DNA of 63,852 nt, counting the filler, from Candidatus Coatesbacteria bacterium (GTDB lineage Bacteria > JAFGND01): assembly GCA_016927185.1 (NCBI GenBank). It is 4 parts of 4 records of this genome, joined end to end, with 100 filler letters (N's around TTAATTAATTAA, not from the genome) between each part and the next. Parts side by side here need not be neighbours in the genome. Positions count along the whole stretch, not along the records: positions 32,168 to 60,033 come from JAFGND010000107.1; positions 60,134 to 63,852 come from JAFGND010000005.1; 2 more parts are not named here. The stretch is one strand, 5' to 3'. A program made the position numbers and the translations under genes. Below, piece after piece: positions 55,177 through 63,852 of the stretch. Under the pieces are notes generated by a model. The model was not told the origin of the DNA. It saw only the letters and a list, made by a program, of their open reading frames with translations, and made no database searches. How positions within the stretch are numbered: position 1 is the first letter of the stretch; every line of letters starts with the position of its first letter.

Positions 55177-57183
55177 TTGTTTCCAGTAGCAGCTGGCATC
55201 GGGATATGGATATCGAGAATACCATTTGTTTTCTATTTGTGTTTCACAGGATTACTATTCCTGTTTGTTCCTAAAATGGACAAGACAAGAAAGATACTGA
55301 TTGTCTTTGCAGGACTTTCGCTTCCCCTTTTTCTTGCATCTCTTCATTTCAAATCATTGATTTCCATAGATTTATACAAGCAGATATTCTCTGCTCTTGG
55401 TATGATAGGCTTTCTGATCCTCTTCAAGAAAGTATATCCTTTATCAAAAAGACATATTGAAAGAGCTTCTGTCTTCTCGCTTTCTGTGTCAGTTGTGGCA
55501 GGCATAGTTCTTTCTTTATCAGGCATTGCTGCCAGTCAATTTACCAGACTGAATCCCTTTCATGTATCGAAGACATTGGCAGCACTAAGAAGCAATAATG
55601 AAGCTCTGGAAGATGCATACAAAAAGTATTCTGGAAAGGATATCTACATTTCAAGAAGCATAGCAGGAGAGTTGTGTAAAAAATATGAGAAGGATATGAA
55701 TTTTCAGAAAGCTCTTGAAGCGTTCAGGAAAGGTCATCTTACAGATAACGAGATTGAATCAAGACTTCTATGGAAAACAGGCAAGAAACAGGAAGCACTG
55801 GCAGTTAACAGCGATTTTTTCATAATCCCAGCTAATAATGATGAGCTGAATTTACTGGGACAGTTTTATCTTCATAATGAGGATTTCAAGAAGCTGGATT
55901 CTCTTCTGGTAAGTATAGAAGTAGATTTTTCAGATGATCCCTATTTCAATTACCTGAAAGGCAGATTGCTTGTTCATAAAATCCAGCCTTCTATTAAATA
56001 TATGAAAAAATCATTCCCGTTTGTTCCTGATGCTGGCTATTATATAGCAAATGAAATGGCTGAGAGGGATTCCATAAATGAAGTATTGAAAATATCAAGG
56101 CAGCTTCTTCCTTATAATATGCTAATAAATAATGAGCTATATTTCAAGAATAAAGTCAATCTTCTGAAAGAGAACAAGGTTGAAATAGAGGATGGTTATT
56201 CGCTTCTGGGATTTTGTATTCCAAAGCGTGACATAGTACCTCATGAAATAATAGAAGCAACTATTTATCTGTATCTTGACAGGGATCAGTGGAGACTTGC
56301 AAAGCCTTTCCTGCAATTCGGCAAGGAGATTAATTTCCTTGAGAATGTCAGATTTGCACCTGTAAATCTTGATTCATTGCCACAAGCAGCAGGCAATGTG
56401 CTACCGATTGAAGTTTTCTCAATGATTGATGATAAAGTAACACCTGGCAACTATCAAATGTATTTCTCTATTGGATATGACAAAGAAAAACTGCTGAAAT
56501 TCAAGGAAGGTCTGGGAAAAACATTCCAGATAAGGCTTGCTGATGTGAAAATTACGAAGAACAGGAAAAGAAGCCTCAATGCACTTTATACCCAGGGTAG
56601 ATACAGGAAGCTTTATGAAGTATCAAGGGAATATGACTTACCTCTTCCCCTTCTATCAAAAACAGCAAATTTGTATATGGGTGGAATTGAATATGAGAAT
56701 GGCAATTTAGGGAAAGCAAGGAATTACTGGAAAAATACTGATGAAGAATGGCAATTCCTTGCTGACAGGAAATTCAACAAGGCAAGAATTAGCGTCAATC
56801 CTGACTTCATGAAAAAGAGCATTATCTTCCCTAACGGGATTGAACTGCTTGGATACAAGATCATCAGTATTACAACCAGAAAAGCAAGTATAGAGTTCTA
56901 TTTCATTGTGCATTTTCCCCAGCAGGAGAATTATATTATGCTTAATCTATATGACGAAAAGAAGAGATTGATAGCAAATGGAAATCACTATCTTGACTAT
57001 TCTGCAGAAAAAGTCAAGAATTCCAGCATTATCAAGACAGCAAAGACTGTATATTACAGCAGGGAAAACAAGATTATCAATATATGGATGGGCTTATGGA
57101 ACAGAAGTCCGTGGGATGATCCCATCATTCTTGATGCAAATGGTGACAGGGAGATTTATATTGGGCAGTTTAGAACAGAATAG
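55177..57183 (+). CDS. Hypothetical membrane protein with large extracytoplasmic region
   Basis: N-terminal TM segments and two (G.)LLG(F/Y) beta domains; the frame is open back to about 55033, so the start is uncertain. Confidence 0.6.
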   Translation: MFPVAAGIGIWISRIPFVFYLCFTGLLFLFVPKMDKTRKILIVFAGLSLPLFLASLHFKSLISIDLYKQIFSALGMIGFLILFKKVYPLSKRHIERASVFSLSVSVVAGIVLSLSGIAASQFTRLNPFHVSKTLAALRSNNEALEDAYKKYSGKDIYISRSIAGELCKKYEKDMNFQKALEAFRKGHLTDNEIESRLLWKTGKKQEALAVNSDFFIIPANNDELNLLGQFYLHNEDFKKLDSLLVSIEVDFSDDPYFNYLKGRLLVHKIQPSIKYMKKSFPFVPDAGYYIANEMAERDSINEVLKISRQLLPYNMLINNELYFKNKVNLLKENKVEIEDGYSLLGFCIPKRDIVPHEIIEATIYLYLDRDQWRLAKPFLQFGKEINFLENVRFAPVNLDSLPQAAGNVLPIEVFSMIDDKVTPGNYQMYFSIGYDKEKLLKFKEGLGKTFQIRLADVKITKNRKRSLNALYTQGRYRKLYEVSREYDLPLPLLSKTANLYMGGIEYENGNLGKARNYWKNTDEEWQFLADRKFNKARISVNPDFMKKSIIFPNGIELLGYKIISITTRKASIEFYFIVHFPQQENYIMLNLYDEKKRLIANGNHYLDYSAEKVKNSSIIKTAKTVYYSRENKIINIWMGLWNRSPWDDPIILDANGDREIYIGQFRTE

Positions 57184-57598
57184 GGAGCTTTTCAAGCAGA
57201 TGCTTCTTAAATGGAATACCCATATAAATCTTGTTTCAAGACAAAATCCAGAGAAAGTATTTGATGAATTATGGGAAAAAGCAATGGAAATAGAGAATGG
57301 ACTTCCTGAAGAGCTTACAAGAATACTTGATATTGGTTCAGGAAACGGTTTCCCTGCGATACCCATAAAGCTTATGAGAATGCATGTTGATATAAAGCTT
57401 CTTGAACCAAGAAAGAAGAGATATAATTTCCTGCTTTATGCAAGAACGGAACTGTCACTTTATGAAGGTTTCAATATCTATAATGTACGCTGGCAGGAAT
57501 TCACACTTCCAGATTACTGGCTCCCCGAGAAAATCCTGCATCAGGGAATAAAGCTGGGAGAGGATTTCAGAAGAAAATTCAATCTACAATCTTCTTAG
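57161..57598 (+). CDS. rsmG: RsmG (GidB)-like methyltransferase, short
   Basis: LLKWNTHINLVSR, ILDIGSGNGFPAIP, LEPRKKRYNFL; probable TTG start after GGGAG. Confidence 0.65.
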   Translation: MGSLEQNRELFKQMLLKWNTHINLVSRQNPEKVFDELWEKAMEIENGLPEELTRILDIGSGNGFPAIPIKLMRMHVDIKLLEPRKKRYNFLLYARTELSLYEGFNIYNVRWQEFTLPDYWLPEKILHQGIKLGEDFRRKFNLQSS

Positions 57599-58162
57599 GA
57601 AGTCCTTCATTTTAATAATTGCATTGTATCTATGAGAAAGTCTGTTCTTTGCAGCAGATTCAATTTCTGCAAAAGTTTTTTTCAATGGTTCATAATAAAA
57701 TATGGGATCATAACCGAAACCGTTTTCTCCCCTGAGCTCATCAATTATTAATCCATCAACACTTCCTTTTGCTGTGAACACAGTATTATTCTCTGGATTA
57801 AAATAAGCTATTACGCATATGAAATGAGCAGTTCTTTCAGGGACAGGGATATTTTTCAGCATTTCCTTGACCCTGTTTATATTGTCCATTGCGTTTCCTG
57901 CAAAACGTGCTGAATGAATTCCTGGAAGTCCTTCAAGAACATCTATTGAAAGTCCTGAATCGTCTGCAAGGCATTCGATGCCACTTCTCTCTCCATAGAA
58001 TCTGGCTTTTATTATAGCATTTTCCTCGAAAGACTCACCGTATTCATGAGGATTTTCATCAATGCCAAAATCGTCTGGGGAAAGTATATTGAAGCAATCC
58101 AGTATATACTTGATTTCTGAAAGTTTGTTCTTGTTATTAGATCCAAAGAGAATTGTCTTCAT
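57584..58162 (-). CDS. rdgB: Non-canonical purine NTP pyrophosphatase
   Basis: SNNKNKLSE, FEENAIIKA, ADDSGL, PGIHSAR, GFGYDPIF, KNRLSHR. Confidence 0.95.
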   Translation of the reverse strand: MKTILFGSNNKNKLSEIKYILDCFNILSPDDFGIDENPHEYGESFEENAIIKARFYGERSGIECLADDSGLSIDVLEGLPGIHSARFAGNAMDNINRVKEMLKNIPVPERTAHFICVIAYFNPENNTVFTAKGSVDGLIIDELRGENGFGYDPIFYYEPLKKTFAEIESAAKNRLSHRYNAIIKMKDFLRRL

Positions 58163-58357
58163 ACTACTCTATTCTTGCTAATATAAAACGCAAAGACAAA
58201 GCAAATTCATGAGTCTTTAAGTCAATAAGAATCGCTGTTTCTGATTTTTTGAGATTTAATATTCCATATAGCAGGTATACTCTCTTAAATATAGAAATAT
58301 AGAAACAAGAATATAGAAAAGGGTTTATAAAAAACATTTTTTTGGGGGAAGCCAAGA

Positions 58358-59689
58358 TTATTTTACCTTCACAACCCTCTTGCATTCCTTCCCTGACTTC
58401 ACAATATAAACTCCTTCTCTCCATTTGCTTGTATCAAGAGAATGCTTGCCTTTGGGAAGTTCCATAATCAACTGACCTGTCAGGGAATAGATTGAAGCAG
58501 AGGAAGAAGAGGAAATTGATAATCTGCCAGTGAATGGATTAGGAGAAATGGAGAAATGCTTGTCTGGCAAGCATGAAGAAGAGTTTGAAGAAGAGAAACC
58601 AGTGTCTTCCTTTATGGCATAGATCCTATCATCTCCAGTACTATAAGCATAAAGGGTTTTATTAGTTCCTAAAGCATAAATATTCCCATTTTTATCAAAA
58701 GAGAACTTCCATAATTCATTTCCATTTGTATCAAAACAAAAAAAGCCTCGTTTGTCTCTTGAGTAAAGATAATCGTTACTGTCTATTACCATTGAGCCAC
58801 CTATATCTAAATTTTTTACCCACTTTATACTTCCATCTGGATTTATTGCGTTAACATAGTATTCACCTAAGTAATAAATTGTTCCATCAGAAGTTAAACC
58901 CAAACTCCATCCTCCGATTGTTTTCGTTGCCCATTTCTCTGTTCCATCTTGATTAAAAGCGATTAAACCTACAGTCTGAGGAGAACCCATTACATATATT
59001 GTTCCATCTGGTGCTATTACAGGATAGTCATAATATCTAATATTAATACTATTTCCTTCTTTTGACCATTTCTCTGTACCTGAACTGTCATAACAGGTAA
59101 TTGTTAAAGTTGTCAATACATATATATCTCCTGTTTGGGAAATAGAATGACCTCGCCAGAAACCTTTTAACTTTCTATTCCATACATCATTACCATCTGC
59201 ATCAAATTTATAAAGAAGTGAGTCTTTCCAACTAACTCCATATACAAATCCATCTTTGTCTTCTACGTAATTATCACAACCTCTATTAGGTATTCTCTTT
59301 ATTATTGCTCCATTTGAAGGATTCAAGATATATAGATCATATAAATCACCATAACCATCTGTATCACAAACCCAGAACTTAGTTCCATCCTTGTTTATCA
59401 TAGGAGAATATGAATTCTGGACATCAGCACTTCTCCATCTTTGATTACCATTTTTATCCATACTATATGTTTCTGATCCTGCTAAAAATATATTATCATC
59501 TTTCCCAATTACGAACCCATTAACATAAGAATTCCACCAGGCAACATAAGGCTTTTTCTGTGGACCTTCATTCATGTCTGATCTTCCTGTTCTTTGTGCA
59601 TCATGTCTGTATTGAGGCCATGAGAATTCTTCTGAATATAAGTATGATAATGCAAGGATAAGTATTATTGTCAGAATTATATGTTTCAT
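58358..59689 (-). CDS. Secreted PQQ-like beta-propeller protein with T9SS-like C-terminal module
   Basis: Signal peptide, WPQYRHDAQRTG, DGTEKW/DGSIKW repeats, SPNPF...WREGVYIVKSGKECKRVVKVK tail. Confidence 0.85.
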   Translation of the reverse strand: MKHIILTIILILALSYLYSEEFSWPQYRHDAQRTGRSDMNEGPQKKPYVAWWNSYVNGFVIGKDDNIFLAGSETYSMDKNGNQRWRSADVQNSYSPMINKDGTKFWVCDTDGYGDLYDLYILNPSNGAIIKRIPNRGCDNYVEDKDGFVYGVSWKDSLLYKFDADGNDVWNRKLKGFWRGHSISQTGDIYVLTTLTITCYDSSGTEKWSKEGNSINIRYYDYPVIAPDGTIYVMGSPQTVGLIAFNQDGTEKWATKTIGGWSLGLTSDGTIYYLGEYYVNAINPDGSIKWVKNLDIGGSMVIDSNDYLYSRDKRGFFCFDTNGNELWKFSFDKNGNIYALGTNKTLYAYSTGDDRIYAIKEDTGFSSSNSSSCLPDKHFSISPNPFTGRLSISSSSSASIYSLTGQLIMELPKGKHSLDTSKWREGVYIVKSGKECKRVVKVK

Positions 59690-59699
59690 ATTAATCTCC

Positions 59700-60033
59700 T
59701 TAATTTACTTTTACTACCCTCTTGCATTCCTTCCCTGACTTCACAATATAAACTCCCTGTTTCCATTTACTAGTATCAAGAGAGTGCTTGCCTTTGGGAA
59801 GGCTCATAATAAGCTGACCAGTAATAGAATAGATTGCTCCTATTGAAGGCAGGGAAACTGACAAGCGAGAGGTGAATGGGTTAGGAGAGATGGAGAAGGA
59901 TTTGGAAGGAATATAAGAAGCTGTTTTTTTATTACTGAAACCTTTATATCCATATGTTTCTATAGCATAAAGATAAGAATCTCCGCTTCCAAAATATACA
60001 ACATGATTGAAAACAAATGGAACAGACCAAATA
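59700..60033 (-). CDS. PQQ-repeat protein with T9SS-like C-terminal module (5' truncated by contig end)
   Basis: Manual translation IWSVPFVFNHVVYFGSGDSYLYAIETYG...SPNPF...WKQGVYIVKSGKECKRVVKVN*. Confidence 0.85.
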
Positions 60034-60133
60034 NNNNNNNNNNNNNNNNNNNNNNNNNNNNNNNNNNNNNNNNNNNNTTAATTAATTAANNNNNNNNNNN
60101 NNNNNNNNNNNNNNNNNNNNNNNNNNNNNNNNN
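60034..60133. other. Artificial contig linker
   Basis: N-run, TTAATTAATTAA, N-run. Confidence 0.98.
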
Positions 60134-60192
60134 CAAAAAATTTAAAAAAGAATATCTTATTTTTCTTTATAGCTCTTATAACAGTAATTCCC

Positions 60193-61164
60193 TTGATAGT
60201 ATGGAATTATCTAAATTGGGGGAATCCTTATGGTCAACACACATTGACTAATTTCAGGCTATCATTTGTGCAATACAAAAGTCTGTTTGATATAGTATTA
60301 TCAAGAAGCATAGGTTTCGCCAAATCCTTTACTGGCAATTTTAACATTCTTTTACTTCTGGCGACCATTCTCTCAATAATATTAAGATTTTTATACAAGG
60401 AAAAACTCGAAAAAACTACAAGGATTCTCATTTTAACACTATCCTTTAGCCTTTATTTGATACATTTGCTTTCTCTTATACTTGATAAAGATCCATTATT
60501 CAATTTAAACAAGACTCAGGGTTTTCTTACTGCATATCCGATACTGGTTTTCATGATTTTTATTCCCGAGAAAACACAAATAAATAGGTATCTCATTATT
60601 ATATTGATTTATTCTATAATCCTTGCCTTCCTCACTCAAGTAACAGGAGGAATTCAATGGGGTAACAGGTTGATCTTGTGGGCTTATCCTCTCATATCTT
60701 TATTTCTTGCTTCTAAGTGGAATTATATTAATAAAGTATGTTCAAGATATTCAATGTTTGCATTTCTTAGTATATCGCTTTTTATACAGGTATATGGAGT
60801 TTATTTAGTAGATAGAAAATATAGAGCCATTTATGAATTAAACTCCTTTATAGAAAAGGATACAAAGGGAGTTATCTTGACTGATAGCTGGTGGTTGAAT
60901 CTGGAAGCAATAGATAAAACAAAGGATAGAATTGTATTTATGCCAAAATCAAGTAAGAAACTACTAGAATTATGCGATATAATAAAAAAGAATAACTTAC
61001 ATGAATTTACCTATTTATCTTCTCCTTATTATAGATTTATCAGTTCCAGCACATGGAAAGAAGTTTATGAAAAAGCAGATTTCAAACCTATCAAGATTAT
61101 CAAATTTGATTCTCCGAAAGCTGAATATATGAAATTGGATGGAGTAGTATGGGTATTGAAATGA
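60193..61164 (+). CDS. Polytopic membrane protein (5' truncated), possible GT-C
   Basis: WNYLNWGNPYG, GGIQWGNRL and several TM helices. Confidence 0.6.
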   Translation: MIVWNYLNWGNPYGQHTLTNFRLSFVQYKSLFDIVLSRSIGFAKSFTGNFNILLLLATILSIILRFLYKEKLEKTTRILILTLSFSLYLIHLLSLILDKDPLFNLNKTQGFLTAYPILVFMIFIPEKTQINRYLIIILIYSIILAFLTQVTGGIQWGNRLILWAYPLISLFLASKWNYINKVCSRYSMFAFLSISLFIQVYGVYLVDRKYRAIYELNSFIEKDTKGVILTDSWWLNLEAIDKTKDRIVFMPKSSKKLLELCDIIKKNNLHEFTYLSSPYYRFISSSTWKEVYEKADFKPIKIIKFDSPKAEYMKLDGVVWVLK

Positions 61165-62507
61165 GAAAATGGAATTTCTTCATCCTAGCAATAATCTTTC
61201 TTCTAAATAGTTGTGGAAAAGAATATCAATCTATTCCGGTTATTAAACAAAATCCTCTTCCCATATCATTTGAAATAAGGCAAGAACAGTATAGAGTAGA
61301 AAGAATGAGTGATGAAATAATATATCTATATAGAGATTACGAAACAGCAGATAATCTTAATGACTTATTATTAGTTAGAATATTTATTTACAAGTTAAAG
61401 TCCGAATTAGAGAAAGATGATGAACATTCCATTTTAAAAGAGAAAATTGCTGCCAAATTCAAGGAAATCTCTGAAAGAAAACTTATGCTTCCATCGAAAC
61501 AGATTAATTCTTCAATCATACCATCCAATTCCAGTTTTATAATACCAAGAAATAAGATAATTGAAAAGGAAATGAATAGATGGTTGAACAAATCAAGGAA
61601 TACACTTATAAACTGGTTAAAAAGAAAAAATAAGTTTGCAGGCATTGTGTTACCTCTACTAAGAAAGCATCAAGTTCCGGAAGAACTAATCTATCTGCCA
61701 ATAGTTGAATCAGGATATAGGCCAAAAGCACTTTCCAGAGCTGGTGCATATGGATTATGGCAATTCATGCCAGGAACCGCTAAATCACATGGTCTGAAAA
61801 AAAATTTTTGGGTTGATGAACGAGCATGCCCGTATAAATCTACTGAAGCAGCATGTAAATTTCTGAAAACACTTTATAGAATATTCAATTCATGGGAGTT
61901 AGCTCTTGCATCCTATAATGCAGGTTCAGGATATATCTCAAACCAAATAAAAAAACAGAATTCAAGAGATTTCTGGCAAATGGATCTTTATAAAGAAACT
62001 TCTTCTTTTGTTCCTAGGTTTTATGCAATAACCATTCTTGGAGAATATAAAGAAGCATTCAATCTGGATATAAATGATTACAAGGATTTTAAGTACGACA
62101 GTCTGCTTATCAATTCTCCACTGGATTTTACTTATATAGCTGATGCATGCAATACAACAAGTGAAGAAATATCAGAATTGAATCCTGAGCTTAATCATTC
62201 TTGTACACCACCTTTTCGTAATGGATATTATGTAAAAATTCCTCACGGTAAAGCAGATGACTTAAGGAGATTTCTTCTCAAGCTTGACAAAGATAAATGG
62301 TGGTTAGGAAAAAAGGTAATCTATAAGAATTCCCTGAGCGTATTTGCCAGGAAGTATAAAATACCTTTAAAGGTTCTTGAAGAGCTTAATCCAAATCCTT
62401 CCAAGGGAGATAAAATATTAATACCTGTTGGAAAATCCTTCAAGAAAATTACTACAAAAAAACGAACTTCCCCTAAGAAAAATAAGAAAAAACGTAAATC
62501 TCGCTAA
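61161..62507 (+). CDS. Lytic murein transglycosylase, MltD-like lipoprotein with LysM-like domains
   Basis: Lipobox LNSC, LPIVESGY, AGAYGLWQFM, LALASYNAG, ETSSFVP, ELNP repeats. Confidence 0.9.
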   Translation: MRKWNFFILAIIFLLNSCGKEYQSIPVIKQNPLPISFEIRQEQYRVERMSDEIIYLYRDYETADNLNDLLLVRIFIYKLKSELEKDDEHSILKEKIAAKFKEISERKLMLPSKQINSSIIPSNSSFIIPRNKIIEKEMNRWLNKSRNTLINWLKRKNKFAGIVLPLLRKHQVPEELIYLPIVESGYRPKALSRAGAYGLWQFMPGTAKSHGLKKNFWVDERACPYKSTEAACKFLKTLYRIFNSWELALASYNAGSGYISNQIKKQNSRDFWQMDLYKETSSFVPRFYAITILGEYKEAFNLDINDYKDFKYDSLLINSPLDFTYIADACNTTSEEISELNPELNHSCTPPFRNGYYVKIPHGKADDLRRFLLKLDKDKWWLGKKVIYKNSLSVFARKYKIPLKVLEELNPNPSKGDKILIPVGKSFKKITTKKRTSPKKNKKKRKSR

Positions 62508-62515
62508 TCTATATT

Positions 62516-63742
62516 TTACTTGTTAATCAGTATTGCTTTACTATCGATATATTTCCCTGCATTAATTCTTGCAATGTATATACCTGGTTTCAAATCCTTT
62601 GCATTCAGAACTATTCTATTAATGCCTCTGCTTAATTGGCTATTATCTATTGTTAGAACATGCTTTCCAAGGAGATCAAACAATGATATATTCGCTTTAC
62701 TTCTTTCAGGCATCATTACATTAACAACTGCTGTTGTTTTCACAGGATTTGGTGTTATCGTGAAATTGAATTGTAGTGGTATTGTTCTGGCTGATGATTC
62801 TTTTTCATAACCAGTTCCTTCGGAATATGCAGTACAGCTCCAGCTATAGTAACCTATCTGGGATGTTCCAAATTGTGTCCAGCCGTAACCTCCCTCACCC
62901 CAAGCTGCTCCCCAACAGTTTTTCCACTTCCATGATCCACCATTTCTAGCATCATCCCATCCAACTATTACTACTTCATGATTTATTGGATAACCTATAT
63001 CAGTTGATGGTGTTTCCTCCCCTAGAACTCCTCCCCTATAGAATCTCAACATCAATAAATTAACCTGCATAGCTGATCCAACTGGTCCATTTCTTAATGC
63101 TGCCTTGATTGCTTCAGTGTCAGGATTTGTGCAAACATCAGTTACTGATTTTATAAATTTTAATCTTTCTCTCCAGTCACTACATCTATCGTTGCAGTTT
63201 CCAGCACTAGCTCTGTATGGATAACATGCTTCATCTGGAACACCATTTACCATTATCCATCTTGCTGGACCCGAACCTGCAAGCATTTCATCTAGCAAAT
63301 TAGTTTGATAACATGAAATTAGATATTGTTCAGAACCATCCCAGTCAATGTCGGGATCATTGGAATTGATATTTATCATTGCTTCCCAGGTTCCTAATGT
63401 AGCAAACGCCCAACTTCCACTATAACTTCCCTGATTTTTAACTGAAGTCATCCAGTTTGTTCCGTTCTTGTTTGTCCAATCAAGATACTCTGGTTTATCT
63501 GTCTTTGAATTAATAACTTTATTATTTATTTTTGCATCAGTTTTAATAGGTAGATAAAAACCAGTTAGCATCGGTTTCAATATTTCTTTTGGAAGATAGG
63601 AATAAGGAGTAATTCCAGCTTCCCATGTTAAGTTGTTTACCTTGATATAATTTTTACAATCATCTAATGACATTGTATAGGGATCTAGTCCCATTAGATT
63701 AACCGCAAAACTTAAAATAAGCAAATAAACAAATGACTTCAT
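62516..63742 (-). CDS. Papain (C1A) family protein with catalytic Cys replaced by Ser, plus T9SS-like C-terminal domain
   Basis: DW, VKNQGSYSGSWAFA, SEQYLISC, NHEVVIVGW, KNCWG..WGEGGY; tail PNP...FDLLGK...GIYI. Confidence 0.85.
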   Translation of the reverse strand: MKSFVYLLILSFAVNLMGLDPYTMSLDDCKNYIKVNNLTWEAGITPYSYLPKEILKPMLTGFYLPIKTDAKINNKVINSKTDKPEYLDWTNKNGTNWMTSVKNQGSYSGSWAFATLGTWEAMININSNDPDIDWDGSEQYLISCYQTNLLDEMLAGSGPARWIMVNGVPDEACYPYRASAGNCNDRCSDWRERLKFIKSVTDVCTNPDTEAIKAALRNGPVGSAMQVNLLMLRFYRGGVLGEETPSTDIGYPINHEVVIVGWDDARNGGSWKWKNCWGAAWGEGGYGWTQFGTSQIGYYSWSCTAYSEGTGYEKESSARTIPLQFNFTITPNPVKTTAVVNVMMPERSKANISLFDLLGKHVLTIDNSQLSRGINRIVLNAKDLKPGIYIARINAGKYIDSKAILINK

Positions 63743-63762
63743 ATTCCCTCCTTCTTCCTGTC

Positions 63763-63798
63763 AAAAATAAGTCGTTCAGATTATTCTGAACGACTTAT
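63763..63798 (-). terminator. Rho-independent terminator upstream of the peptidase gene
   Basis: ATAAGTCGTTCAGA/TCTGAACGACTTAT 14-bp stem followed by a T-run on the minus strand. Confidence 0.7.
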
Positions 63799-63852
63799 AG
63801 ATTGAATTTATCTTACAACAAGTATTGTCTTGCTGTCGTTATGTTTGCCTGC

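Noticed and set aside
58164-58424. ORF MERRSLYCEVREGMQEGCEG and the similar MQEGCEG extension at 27563
   Set aside because: Alternative-frame readings of the shared C-terminal module DNA.

Overview
AT-rich bacterial DNA made of four contig pieces joined by 100-nt N/TTAATTAATTAA linkers (16252-16351, 32068-32167, 60034-60133), so adjacency across the linkers means nothing. The gene content suggests a diderm anaerobe (lpxA, a Lol-like ABC/LolA cluster, Fe-S/flavin redox genes). Secreted proteins carry T9SS-like and TWGxIK C-terminal tails reminiscent of FCB-related candidate phyla; this lineage call is inference only. Housekeeping genes include argS, gmd, fcl, xth, rbfA, suhB, lpxA, rdgB and two tRNAs. 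Main findings: (1) a gmd-fcl operon continues into a lipoprotein-like protein with a duplicated C-terminal YKGVDFS motif and two radical SAM/SPASM enzymes, a candidate new protein/RiPP modification system; (2) a DUF1858-like selenoprotein candidate absent from the ORF track (CxxU, in-frame TGA plus SECIS-like hairpin) lies divergent from (3) a hydrogenase-type regulatory cluster with no catalytic HydA but a NuoF-GltD fusion and a second NuoE/F pair; (4) a GAK system; (5) an expanded family of PQQ-type beta-propeller proteins sharing a C-terminal module, including a frameshifted copy and an intergenic remnant; (6) a papain-family protein with the catalytic Cys replaced by Ser. All family assignments come from motif recognition, not database searches.
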